From Collodictyon triciliatum (lineage: Eukaryota): a DNA stretch of 42,149 nt. Of the stretch, positions 14,572 to 28,400 are shown piece after piece. Location of the stretch: the NCBI GenBank assembly GCA_043381765.1, contig JBHJMP010001093.1:1-42149 (forward strand). Reading direction: 5' to 3'. Made by a program: the position numbers and the translations under genes. Every line of letters begins with the position of its first letter. The stretch's first letter is position 1. The notes beneath the pieces are model-generated. The model was not told the origin of the DNA. It worked only from the letters and a program-made list of their open reading frames with translations, and ran no database searches.

Positions 14572-15911
14572 ATGGACGATCAACGAAGACACCTGCAAGC
14601 AAACTACCCTTTGCCAGGCCCTATCCCAAGCTATGATCAGGCACACTCGCCCCACCCGCACCTGCTTGGGATATCGTCGCCCACTCCCACAGGCTACTCG
14701 CTGCAAACAACTGCCAAAAGCAGCGCATACCAGGATTTGATGTTCCTTCCCAGCCGCGTAGACAGCAACCCACACACCCCGTCTGCTTTTTCCATGCCCG
14801 GCCCAAAGCCTGCAACAGCAGCATCCCGAACAGCACTCCACACACCCGGTTCACAGGACCACACACAGTCTGAGACAAGCAGGCACTCTGGAAACATGGC
14901 CTTTACAGCACCCACTTTTCGCTCCAGTGGCGCCTTTGACTCTGGAGAAATCCACGCCGATCACAACCACATGATGACTGCTTCCCACATTGCCACAAGG
15001 ACCCACAAGAGTAACGTGTTGCCCAACTTCCATATCCAAAGCATGGCCGAAACATCAACCAACGACCAAGTTCCGCAGAATGCCTCACGCTTCGACTTTC
15101 GCCTGGTCAACTTCTCGACCCGACCATCGAAGCGATCCTGCAAAAACTGCGGGACATCAAACACGAGGCAGTTTTATTGCGGCCCAGTTGGCGAGCCCTT
15201 GTGCGAACCATGCGGGCAGTGGTATCGCCGTCACAACGAGATGCGTCCTGAGCATCGCTGGGTCAAGATTGACTTGTCCCAAACGCCTATGTCTTCGGAC
15301 CCGCCCCTGGGAGCGGGCAGTTTCTCTGGCCAGGTTCGGATCTCTGTGGGGCCAAAGGTCCGCAACTGCTCAAACTGCGGGCCCGTCGAGAACGGCAAGT
15401 TTTGCAGGGGGCCGGATAACACCATGCTTTGTGGCGCGTGTTACATTTGGTACAGAACGAGAAAAACTATGCGACCGGAGCATTTGTGGAAGAAAAAGAA
15501 AATAGGCCCATCCGCGTTGGACGACTCGAGACAGACTACCACTATGCGCAGAGGTAAAATACTCTCAAAAGACTATGAGACGACTGATGTGAATCCAAGG
15601 TCCAATAACCCACACGAGACAGTCTTGACACTCGACCCTCCGACAGCAGCGTCTTCCATGGCTTTGCCGCAACAGCAATCACATCCAGTCTGTGTTCCAA
15701 TCCGCTCATCCGTTTTCAATTTACATTTCTCATATTCTTCCTTTTTTCTTTTTTTTTTGGAGTAAGGTAATGGCACTGATTTTGTATAACAGCAACTAAT
15801 GACATGGCATATTTATAGGTTAATGAAGGACTGGAAACCACAGACTCAAGCGCTTCATCAAAGAAGGCGAATATGGTGGCCGCGCACATTGCCAGCATGA
15901 TTGCATCATAG
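14572..15911 (+). CDS. Protein with two divergent GATA-type zinc fingers (C-x2-C-x17-C-x2-C), 2 exons
   Basis: CKNC-x17-CEPCGQWYRRH and CSNC-x17-CGACYIWYR, each followed by MRPEHxW; P/S/H-rich N-terminus; probable intron ~15688-15818. Confidence 0.8.
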
Positions 15912-16538
15912 GTGACTGGTCATGCATTATGCCGTCCGCAACCTCGTGTACTTTTGTTACGAAAAGAACTATTGTGCTCCTGGCAATAGCAAATCACATC
16001 ACAAATGCGCATGAATCAGTTATGAGAAGAAAAACTATAACCCACCGACCAAAACCTCTCAACATGCAAAAAAATGAAAGGAAAAATAATTAAATAAATA
16101 AAGGAGTTAAACGCAACACTATATAACAAACAACCTTATACCAAAGCAAGGTGGATAAAATAAAACGAAAAAATAATCACAGCTTTTCGAATTGGGTCAT
16201 TATGTCTATTAAGCGCCTCGAATACATTCCATCAACATAGGCATATGTTTTACGGATAGATGGATAGGTCTTTAGACTCTTCAGAATACATTAACTATGT
16301 TCAACAGAGACTAGGTTGCGATTGAACCAGATGAATTGTCAAATTGTCAGCTCTCTTTTTTCTAAAAAAAAAAAACCTCCCCCCTCTCTTTCTTTTATAT
16401 GAAGAGCTGAATAGTATTGAGAGGCCAGGTCATAAATAAAAAAATAAATAAACATGAATAAGAGAGATATTAACCATGGAAAGAGACTCCATAAACTATT
16501 TAACAATCTGTCAAAACAGACTCTAACAACGAGAAAAA

Positions 16539-16581
16539 GTGAGGGAGAGAAAGTGAGGGAGAGAAAGTGAGGGAGAGAAAG
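16539..16581. repeat. 3x 14-bp purine-rich tandem repeat GTGAGGGAGAGAAA
   Basis: Direct read; intergenic between convergent genes. Confidence 0.85.
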
Positions 16582-16713
16582 TAGACACGAGGGAGAAGCA
16601 CGCACGGGAGTCACATAAAGCTGGGGTACATTATCAATACATTTAAAATGAAGAATGAATACTGTCAAAGTAATGAGGGACTTAAAACGAATAAGATGCT
16701 GTTCCTGCTTGCC

Positions 16714-17025
16714 TCAAGAGACACTTAGCCGACTTCTTCTGCTGCGCGATTGGTTGGCTTCAGTATTTACTGGGATAATGGTCGGAGGAACACTTTTCCA
16801 TTCCTCACGACGCTTTTCAAGGTATCTACGATATCGGTGGAATTAAAAATAAGTTGCAGGAGTAGGAATCTGAGCTGAACTTGAAGACATTGTGACATCT
16901 AAAATGTCTAAAGGTTGCAAGAAAACATACTCTGCAGCATTGTATTCATCCTCATCTTGCAAATTGGGCAATCTCTTGAGTCCGAGTCCCTTTCTTAATA
17001 TATCAACCTCATCCTAAGATAACAG

Positions 17026-17068
<43 letters not shown>

Positions 17069-18608
17069 AAGAATTATTATTTTCATTAAGCATATATAAG
17101 ATACAATATACTATCGAAATGAAATATCTCAGCAAATATAGAATCATCAAGCCTATTTCATACTTTGACCACGTTGTACTTTCCGTTGATGGACTCTTCA
17201 ACAATCGATGTCTGCTCATCAACTGCCGCTTGAATCCTTCCTTGAAGTTTATCTATCTGTAAATCCAAAAAATACGTCGCATTTTGAATAATTAATTTTA
17301 AACATAATATTTCGGCTGAATGCGATTAAAGCTATTCAGCTTCATTGGGGGTATATACTATAAACAGAATATCACCACCTCGTTGCTGTTTTCTTCAATT
17401 CTTCTCAAAGCTTGTTCCAGCCTTTTCTTCTCAGCATCAAGTACCGCTCTTTCTTCAGACAATTTGGACAGGCGTTTCTTGTGCATATCCAAAGACATAA
17501 AACCCTCTCGAATAGCGGCGCGATGATTCGCAAGCTCAATCATTTTAATCCTATCGATTTTGCCGGAGACAACAATAAGAGCAAATCTTTATAGAAACGA
17601 TTACATATCTACGTGAAATAGACTATATTTGTATATCGATAGCCGTCGGTAAATAATAATACTTGAGAGTGATGAATTTCTCAATGCGAGCTGAATTATC
17701 CTGCAATGAACAAATATCCGCCTGAATGTTTTATAATCACATCCAATTTATTAATACAAAGAACAAAAAGCAAGAAAAAATAAACGAAACGAAACGAAAC
17801 GAATCGAAACGGAAAAAAGAAAACTTGTATGTATGTATGTATGTATGTATGTATGTATGTATGTATGTATGTATGTATGTATGTATGTATGTATGTATGT
17901 ATGTATGTATGTATGTATGTATGTNATGTATGTATGTATGTATGTATGTATGTATGTATGTATGTATGTATGTATGTATGTATGTATGTATGTATGTATG
18001 TATGTATGTATGTATGTATGTATGTATGTATGTATGTATGTATGGCTTACAACTCGAAAAGCATCGTTCCATACCGATTCCCGAAGGGTGTCCATGTGAT
18101 TTTCTGCGTGCATCTTTCGCATCCGATTGGCTGAACGCGTCCCATATGGCGACCGAAACTTTTCTGATGGCTCAGCAGAAACCGGACTCGACTTTGCAGC
18201 AAGTGCAGAATGTCTCAATCGAACTTTAGCATTTGGCAACGGCGTTGAATCCAGCGCAGACTCACGAGTTTCATGCCTCTCTACGACTTGAGAATGTGCT
18301 TCTGCGTTGAGTGAGCCTTTGCTGCGTGTGTTGGACGCAAAGCATTCTTGAAGATCATTTAGCGTGACTCTCCGCTGAGGCTCGTCTGCTTCTGGGGAAG
18401 GCTTGCAGTCCCGTTCGGTCGTGGCTTTATCTGCCGAGTTCTGCTCAGGTTCCTCCGGTTCAGACTCTGTGGAGAAGTCGCACAGCTGCTCGCTTTTGGG
18501 CGAGGGTGCATTCGACTCCATCCTCAGCGGTTCGGTTGCACTCGCTCCTTTCTTTTCTCTCGGGGATGCGCAGCTCTCTGAGATAATTACACTCAACCAA
18601 CAGATACC
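16714..18608 (-). CDS. Uncharacterised protein with a disordered S/E/P-rich N-terminus and a coiled-coil C-terminus; 5' end uncertain (may extend to an ATG near 19226)
   Basis: At least 6 GT-AG exons splice in frame: ...WNDAFRV|DNSARIEKFITLK|IKMIELANHR...EENSNE|IDKLQGRIQ...VVK|DEVDILRKGLGLKRLPNLQDEDEYNAAE|YLEKRREEWK...LSVS*. Confidence 0.7.
17027..17068. repeat. (CAA)n microsatellite, intronic
   Basis: Direct read. Confidence 0.9.
17826..18044. repeat. (GTAT)n microsatellite, intronic, containing one N
   Basis: Direct read; the N at ~17925 suggests a contig join, so true length is uncertain. Confidence 0.95.
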
Positions 18609-19408
18609 TGGAGAACGGATAATAATCTTTACTATGCCTCGGGAAGACTTTCAGATCAAGTTGGATATCTATTATTATCATTATCATCATCATTATCATT
18701 ATCATTATTATTTTGTACGACCATTTCAAACTCAAGTCTCAAACACAGCCTCGCGTTTACGACCAAGGTTGAAGAGGAGAAGAAAAAGACTGATTGGGAC
18801 GACGCGAATCACCAGTATCGAACAGAGTTGCAATTACCCGTTCAGACGGAGTTTATCTTTGAGGGAGCATCGCGAGAGGGTTTCAGATTCCTGGTGTCGT
18901 TGTCGTGCCCACAGGCAAAAGATGATTGATTGGTGAAAAAAAAAGACTATGTGGAGTGCTGAGCGGATAAAATAATTTCCACAAATGGGCAAATGTTCCG
19001 ACAAGCCGGTTAGGACACTGGTTTGGCATTGCTGGTGGGAAGCCTCACACAGCCAGTCGCAGGGGGTTGCAAAGCTCGCCAGAATGCTCAGTGTGGGACA
19101 GATATGCACTAACAGGTCAAAAGTGTCTCAATCAAATGGGAATAAAGTGTTCCTTCAAAGGGGGGTCATGCTGGCGGATTCTGCTTGGATTAGGATTAAC
19201 GGAATGCATCACCTTGCTGTCGTCATGAGCGTGTCTTGTGGTTCGGCTTTTGTGTGATATAAGTATAAAGGTGGTTTATTGTTCTCTTGCCGTGTCTTCC
19301 CTCTATCATTTCGGCTCGATTTAATGCCTGATATGTTGTGGAGGGATTTTTCTGGATGTCCCTTAAAGATAGACAGATAGTTAGGTAGGTGGATACGAAA
19401 GGGGACGG

Positions 19409-22400
19409 TTAGGCGGAATGGTCATTTGTCGATGAGTCTCCACTGAGTTTCTCTTCAATAGACTCGAACGATGGGCGTAAGCTCGGATCACCTGCCCAGG
19501 ACTGCTTCATAATTTCAATCAGGAGTTTATCTCCAGACTTTGGAACTGGCGGCCTAAGGCCACTGACAACCTCAAAGTTGAGTTTCAGAGGGTCCATTCC
19601 CAAATAAGGCTTCTGGCGAGTAACCACCTCCCAAACCATGATACCAAAGCTGTAGACATCTGCCTTCTCGTTATATCGTAGGCCCTTCAAAACCTGTGGG
19701 TTATATCGCGTTAGGTGGTGTCCAAATTAAAGGGTAAAGGCAAGAGAAGAAAATCGTAGGTGATTCGTTGCAAATGCTCGGAAGCTCGCAATACCTCAGG
19801 AGCGAGCCAGCCCTTGGTTCCGCATTTCGTCATTGTCTGGTTATCGGCTTTGACTCTGGCCAAACCGAAATCAGCAATTTTGGCGATGAAAGGATTCACC
19901 TCACATATCTAGATAAAAACATGTTTAGTAAATATGGAAGCTTTTCTAAGTTCCACTTAAAAAAAAAAAAAGAAGGTCGGGTGCCTACCAGAATGTTTGG
20001 GCTCTTCAAATCTCTGTGGTAGATAGGCGGGTTTCTTCCGTGTAAATATCGCATGGCACTTGCAATTTGGCACATTATGCTGCGTTGCGACTCAATATCT
20101 AATTGAATCTACGACAAATAAATAATTGAGAATGTGCCCTCTGGACTTCATCGATGACTACACGATTTAATTGATGGTGATACTCTAAAGAAAAAAATAA
20201 AAAGAAACCTGTTGGTCGTTGAGGATATTTCTCAAACTACCATATTTTGCATATTCCATCACCATGCAAATATTTGGGGGCTTTAGACACGCAGCTACCA
20301 ACTTAAGGATTCTTGGGTGGTCCAGGTCCCTAAACGTGATTGATTTTGACAAAAAAAAAAGAATAATTTTAACTCATAAAAACAAATCATACCTCAGGAG
20401 CATAATCTCCGCCAGAAGTTCAAAGTATTGTTTCTCTCCGACTTTCTGCTTCGAGAATCTCTTAACGGCAACCTGCTCATTTCTCAACTGGCCAAGGAAG
20501 ACAACCCCGAATGAACCAGCTCCTAGTTCTGTCTCAGTCATTTGGATTTCCTCAAAATCTATCTGCCACGAGAAGTTCTATGTTTTGGATTTATGTTAGT
20601 AAGTGCTCTGCAACTGGCTTTTATCTATGAAAAAAGTTCTCTAAATTTTGGATATGCAGTAGGCGGAGTTTTCTCACGTCTTGAGGCATCTTGGCTGGAT
20701 TCTGAGAGCCATCGGGAACATTGCAGTTTTGAACCGAGGATGACGACGAGTTGGATGACCCATCATTGTTCAAGTAGTAGACACTCCTATCAGCCAAAGA
20801 TACAGGCAGCATCTGAATGTATGTATTGCTTAGACTATGAATGCAATCCTCAAGCCCTGAGGTAACAATATAATTGATCTATGTCCCAAAGTGCCCCATA
20901 AAAAAAAATGGACATTACCTCATACAAGTGGTCAGGGACGTTCAACCCTTTCAACAAGTGCTCTCCCAAGTCTCTGATGACAGGGTTTCCGATAGATTCC
21001 AAATCCAAAGCTATTTCCTGAATGAAAATGATTCTGTAAGTACCACATCACGAAAACTAGAACAATGCAAAGGAGACTGAACATCGTTTGAAATAAGCGT
21101 TTAAAAAAAGCATTCAAAGTCCGTAGAGAGCGCATTACAGCATATGCTGGTTCACTAATGGCAATTTGTCCACCACGAGGGAATCCTCCAACACGAGCTG
21201 CGCGATTTACTACTGGTCCGAAGTAATCCATGCGCCCAGTTATAGGGTCTTCTCGACAAAGAGGTTCACCATAGTGGATTCCCTAGGATGCAATAAAAAA
21301 AATCACATGTTCAGTTATGATAATATATCTGAGGACTCTAGCATAAAGAAAAAAAATTATATCAAAAGCAATATTCGATACCATTCGAACACGTATTCCT
21401 CGGAATATAATTTCCCCTTTTGATGTCTCAATACAAGCTGCTGGATGATTCATAATTTTCTCTGGCCAAATCGCCGCGAGTAGAGTTTCTTGGGCTTGCA
21501 GACAAAATGAAGCAGCTTTTTTCACGGAACCGAATGTGACCATGAACGCATCTCCCTCTGTTTTTACCTCATATCCCTGTAATAGTTACAAAAATAGAAC
21601 TTTTAAACAAGGAGGAGGAACATTAAATACCTCAATACATGGCCTTTGAGAAAAATGGGATGCGAAGGCAATGAATTCATGAGTTTTTATAAAGAGCGTT
21701 TCACTCACATTATTTCGGCGAATCACACCACGCATAAGTTCGTTGTGCATAACAAGCGCATCGCTCATTTCCTCTGGATACTTCTCCCATATTGATGTTG
21801 AACCCTGAACATCAGTGAAAACAAAGGTCACTTTTCCTGCAGGAGCGGTTTCTTTGATTTCTTTTGGTGACGTGATTTTTGGTTTCTTCATGGAATCGCC
21901 AGTGCTTTGAGTGGCACTGAATTCGCCGTTTACAGCATTTAAATCCCCCAAGATTTCTTTAAACGTGGGTCTCTCAGCAATATCCTGGTCCCAACTTTTA
22001 ATCATTATCTTTTGCACTTCTTCTGGCATTTGGTCAATAGGAGGTAGTGCGGGTCGATAGCCCTCTTGAGCCACTCGTATGGCAACAGACTCTGCAAGGT
22101 CGCCCTTTGTGCAGAAACAGATATTAAGGTATTTATCAATTTGGCGAAGTTGACTGTCCTTAACATATGAATAAAGATCAATGTTTCCATTTTTATAATC
22201 TCAATTACCAAGAAAAATTTAAAAATTACTTGATAGGGTTCGTTTCGTGTGAAAACCTCCCACATGATAATGGCAAAGCTAAAAACATCAGAACCCTCCA
22301 CATAAGCTTGAGCCATGATTACTTCGGGTGCCATCCAGAGTAGAGTTCCAGTGGGCTCATCTGTGGCATTCTGGCCCTTTGCTCCGGTCAGACCAAAATC

Positions 22401-25400
22401 ACTTGAATTATAGCAACCATTGAGAAAAATGAGGCATTTATCGATAATTATAAATAAATAGCAATTATATGAGTGATTTTACCTTATCTTCAAGTTCCAC
22501 TTTTCATCAAGCTAAAGAAATTTGCAGTGCAAGTATTGTTCATTAACAATTTAGACACAAAAAATTCCATAAAAATATATCGAATAAAACCAACCAGTAG
22601 ATTAGGACTTTTCAAGTCTCTGTGCAGCATAGGAGGGACGCACATATGAAGATATTGGAGGCCTATTTCGAATAAATAATGTATGTTTAAGGGTGCCTTT
22701 TTTTAATCAACTATTATCACTTGAGAAAGAATATTCAATACATAGAACAGCTAAAATCTTACCTTTTGCTGCATCGATGAGGAAAGAGAGTCTCTGAGAA
22801 TATTCCAAATCTATGGATTCATTGTGCAACACCTGCAAATAAATAATGAATCATATTTTAAAACCCACGCAGTCAAAGAAAGGATTGGATATTTCGATGA
22901 GCAAACCTTGCGGCAAAAGTTGATGTAAACCCAAAAAAAAAAATCACATATGTTCATACATCATATAAACTCCCTCGAGTCATCAGTTCGGACAAAATGC
23001 ACAGATTTGGTGGCTCCACAACAGCACCCATGTAGAGCACAACATTTGGATGCCTCAGTTGGCTAATAAATAAATTCCAATACTAGTTATTCCTGAGCAA
23101 GACATAGTATATCTCGTTATCTTATACTGAAGCATATATATTTCTTACACCATAGTGCTGACTTCTGATTCAAATTCCTTCAAGGCAGCACGAGTCATCT
23201 TGTTATAATTTAGGCGCTTTATTGCAACTTGAGAGCCTCGCCACATTCCAATAAATACCTACACAAAGCACAGGTGACTTACAAACGTCATCAACAAGAT
23301 TCTGCTGTTCGGTATAGTATGGTTCGTAAAATGAAAGTAAGTTCTGAGATGTGGCACCTCCCCAAAGCTTCCCGCACCAAGCAGCTTTCCAAACTCAAGC
23401 TCATCAAAGTTTATCTTGGCATACATCTGCTGTTCCCTGTCTCTCATTACTTTCATCTTCTTCTCATACAGCTTGTATCCCAAGAATCCAAAAATAAGGA
23501 ATGCGCCACACGTTCCTCCGATGATTCCACCCAAAGTTGAGCTTGATAAACCTCCGCTAGAATCTTCAGGAATTATATTTAGCGAAAAAAAATTGCGCGT
23601 ATTAATACATATTGAATTATAACAACGGGTTGGTTAATCTTAGAACCTGAAGCGCAGTCGGGCTATTAATCGATGAAATTTCATGTTAAAAGTTAATCAT
23701 TGTGCAATAAATGTGAATAGATATATGTGTGTCGAAACCCTTACACTATCTGAAGAAGATGTGCATTCAGAACACTCGTTCGTTGCTTCGTTTTCATAGT
23801 ATCCTTTCATGCAGTAGCAAGTGTAGTCTTCAAGAATCTGGGCACCCAAGGGGCAGCCTAAAAGGGTGGTAATGAGTGGTATTGTGTCGATAAATTTTTA
23901 TGTATGTGTAGTGAGGCCTTGGTAATACTTGCTCTACCCAAAAACGATCAAAAAAATTGACTCACCAACGTGGGTAACTTTGACAAACTGCCCTTCAAGA
24001 TTGCTTATCACAGGATTGTTTGACGACAGAAAAACTGTGACTCCTCGCTTTTGCGCTGAAATAATATTGGAACCTCCGATAGAAGAGGACGATGTGAATA
24101 TCACTTTGTTGACACCCTCAACATTTTCGCTGACAGTTATCCTACAGGGTTTAATTATGTGTTTCAATGCTGCATAGAATGTCTCATCAGGATAATAATT
24201 AACATGATAATGCCAAATACCAAAATTACTTGTCATTCGATGCCAGAGTAAAGTTGACCCTTATGTGTGTCGCATCACTAAATACCCAGCGACACGTTGT
24301 TCCAGCTGGTATATTCGCCTTGTTGCTCGAATCTTCATACATCGAAACTTTCTTGGAGCTTGTCACATTATACAAACTGGCAGAGTTGCACATCCCTGAT
24401 ATAAGTTTCCTATGTTATTCATTCATCGTTGACTTGAATGTGGTTGTACATTGAGGAAACAATTACCTGGTTTATAGGCAGCTATCCGATTCGTTGAAAA
24501 AGAATTTCCTTGACCACCAAATATTATGATTTGGTCTCCAAATGAAGATGCAAAGTGGGAAGATAATTGAAAGAAAGAATTTGACAGAGTTCCCATTTCC
24601 AGCTTCACCCACCGCGATGTACCTGGATAGTTGGTTTTTTAGGCCAAAACATAGAATGAGGAGATGATAAAGCAAAGCAAAAAATTTTTATTCGGCTATT
24701 GGAAACTGTTTAAGCTGTTTCAGTTATGAAGAAATGTAATACAGACTGAATTGAAACATCCATGAACCCCTCGAACGAACACCATCAGCATCTATTCCCC
24801 CGTGTATTACAAGGTCAGCGCCGATGGTTGTCATTGTGTGCTTCATCCTGAAGACTGCTGGGTTATTTGTTTCGTCTTTTCTCGTCCAGTTTCGGGAAAC
24901 TATTGGAAAAATATTTTGGTTGTATTTTGAAAGATTTAGAGATAAATACGTGAGATGAAAAAAAAGTAGTGTTTTTAGTGAAATAGATGTATAAAGAAAA
25001 AAGTGATGAAGTACCACTGTCAAAGCACCAGATGTCTGAGAGGATTCGCCCACTAAAGTCTTGTCCTCCATGAATACAATATGTGCTCAATATTGCAGTG
25101 TATGCATGGCCTGTTCTTGGTATCTTGAATAAAAAAAATAGTAAAGTCATGAAGTAGAAAGTACGAATCGATTAAGATATTAAAAGTATGATACTAGGCT
25201 TTTAAATCCACGATTTTATAAACTCATACAGGATTTTCAAATCGAGGGCTTGTCGATGATATTCTCAATGTCTGTAAATCCAGTGTGAAGCTAGCTCGAT
25301 AGTCCTCGGCTACACCTTGGTCAACATTCATCTAGGTGCAAATGTTATTCGGTAGACTAGGGTGTACATACTAAAGCACGACAGAATTCATGCAAATAGT

Positions 25401-28400
25401 CTATTATTTTTCCAAAAATAAAAAACCTCTCCGCCCCACATCCACACTACAGATTTTATAATGACAGCTGAGAATCCAGATCTAAGCAAAATGTTGCTGT
25501 TTGGTGCCAGACTGGAAAGGAGGGATAGCGCTTGCCAATTCACGCTCACTGTGGCGGGGTGTTAAATTTTATTTCAAAAAAAATGTTCATGGTTCAGAAA
25601 CATGATAGTTGAATGGTTAAGTAGTAGCATTAAATTATTGATTGTAAAATACCTTCTAAAGCATTTTGAAGAAGTGGACGACTGATGTCCAATCTCCATA
25701 CCAAGTTTCTTTCACTGAAGAGCGATGTACCGCCAAATATATAGATGTAGTTGGCAAAGTAAGCCATGCCACAGTTACTTCTTGGGGTCGGCTTGTTGCT
25801 TTCGGTACCATAGGATGCCAGTTTGACCCATTGTGATATCCCTGGAAGGAGGAAGAATGCGGTCAGAATTATCTTTTTCTCTTGGATATATCGTTAATAA
25901 CATGTGAGAGTTGAACCCTGGAGAAAATTTTATTATCGAATTAATTACTTCGATTGAAAAGCCATGCATCATTTGACAGGTATTCCTGAGACGAACGCAC
26001 ATAACCACCGAAAATGGCAAACCCAAATGTTGTTACATTCGTAGCGGCAAAGTCACGGCGGGGAAGAGGCGCGTAAGCTTGATTGGAGCCAAACCAAGTT
26101 TTTTCATCTGAGAGGTAATTCAAAAAGAAAAATCTCATTCCAGTAGTTGATTTGAAAAAGAATTCAAAGCAAATTGTTTTTTTTCACACCTGTATCATAG
26201 TTCCACATTAGACTCATTGGGTACGACGACTTGGTTCCATATCCACCAAATATGAAGATATTCTTGCCCATATATGCAACCGAGCTTCCGTAAGACGCTG
26301 GTGGAGCTGACTCCACATAAAATTGACTGGCAGAATATGCCGTGAAGTCGACAATCGTCAAAGTATCTGATTTTGCAATTTCAGTGTGTATTCAAGTATT
26401 GGAGAGGGTAGTGAAAGTTTGAATATTTAGGTACTTCATATTAATTACTTCAACAGTTCACGAGTACTTACTGCTTTCCAAAACAATCAATTCACGAAAC
26501 ACAGATGACCTCTGTATACCCCCATAGATGAAGACTTTGTTGTTTATTGCAACTATTCCGACTTTCTGTCTAGCGATAGTGCATGACCTACCGTTCTGTT
26601 CGCATTGGGTGCACTTATCAATGCTCAATTCTTTCGGTCCATCCCAAGTTTTTGTTTCTAAGCATTTCAATTGCATCATAATTATATTAATTGTCGTTCA
26701 TGGATTTTGTTCTAGTCATTATCTAAAATCCGAAGTTTTTTTTTTAAAAAAAAAAGGCACGGTACTGTGAAAGGGAGATAGTCAACGATGCGGTAATATA
26801 AACTTACCTATATCCCCAACATATACTCTATTCATTTCTTGAATTCCATCATAACCGCCGTAAAAGTAAAGTTTCTTATTGTATACCCATGCCCCGTGGG
26901 ATGTAAGTGATGGAGAATTCTCCCATCGTTCGATACTCCATGTATCATTGGCTAATAGATGGCGATTAGTATTGTGTAGTCGAGCAAAGTTTCCTTTTGA
27001 CAGGGAACTGAAATTCATGAGCTTACCGATGGAATATTTGAAGACCGAAGACACTATTTCCCCTTCTCTCTGATATTCAGATGAAAAACACGCATTTTAA
27101 ATTTTTACTAAGAATTATTTAGAAGGACTTCAATCATTTTTATTTTTAAAAAGAAATAGAAAAATCAACGAAGTATAAGATAAAACCAAACTCACGTTCT
27201 CCCCGCCATGGGTTAAGATGTAGTCACCAATAATAAAACAGACTTGTCCCGAAATGTCAAAGGGCTCAACACTTAGCTGTGACCATTTACGGCTCGTAGG
27301 ATTATATAAGAATGTGTTCCCGCGCTCGTTACTTGGGGACCTTCCTCCTACGTAGTAGATACCAGCAGCCCCAGACAAGGAGCAACTCTCAAGTCTGCTG
27401 TTGGGGGCAGGACTCGTTGGCACTTCGTATCTCCACCGAGAACTCGCTGTATGTAGATGAAGGAAGATTAAACAATACTTGGGGAAATGTACCTACTTCT
27501 TTGTTTTCTTGATTCTGAAGAATTAAAATATACATATTTGTGTCAGTGTGAAGACTGATACAGGATTGAAATCGGTTTCTTTCGCGCTTTCCCCTCCGAA
27601 CATGCAGAAAAAGTAAGCTACACCGCCAAAAGTTGCTGCGGAGGATGATAAACAGGTTGGAAGAGTCTCGTTCACAAATCTCCAGTTACCCAAGGTTGCG
27701 TTTGCTGAAAAAAATAATTGAAAGATTGGAAGGAATCTCTACGTTACTAATGACTGGATACAGGATGCAAATGGTCGATAGATGGATAGATAGATAAACA
27801 CTAACTGAAGTAATTTGTGGTGGGTGTGATTGAAAATCCGCGAGGTTGGCAGTAGTGCTAATAAATATTTTTGTGAGTACACATGCGTTGCTATAATTAA
27901 TTAGTAGAAAATTTAACTCAGTTGTATTAACTGCCTAACCATGTTTTGAAATACTTGAAACGTTCCAGGTTCACATTTGTAGCATTCATCACTTGGTGTG
28001 ATATAGTGGTCAAGATTGCATACACAACGAGAGGATTGAATGGAAAATCCTTTCGGGCAGTCTGAATGCGATAGTTGTAATTAATTTAATTTCTTCTTTT
28101 TCATTTCATACATTTAAATCATGGTATCCAGATTGATGGTTTCTCGTGCCATACTCAGTCCAGAAAATGTAAATCCGGATAACGACCCATAGCTGGAGGA
28201 GGATGTAAACGAGAGGCGAAATTGAGAGCTTGGCACATTTATTGATGTGGATGTCGAAAGGCTGGAAAGTTGAACGCTCTGTATGTTGGTGGGTAAAAGG
28301 GTTAAGTCGAGGATTGTCGGTTTGAAGCCGTATTTGTGTCAATAAAATAAAGCCCCAGCCTGCAACATACCGATGCTTCCGCCTCGCTTCCTGCTATCAC

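Noticed and set aside
17726-18229. ORFs with MYVC/HTYI repeats (also poly-I, poly-L, RE and F/K-rich ORFs elsewhere)
   Set aside because: Translations of intronic microsatellites and low-complexity tracts
19409-23420. Endogenous giant-virus origin of the kinase-cyclase-kinase module
   Set aside because: Intron-dense, host-like composition and no viral neighbours; a host gene is more parsimonious
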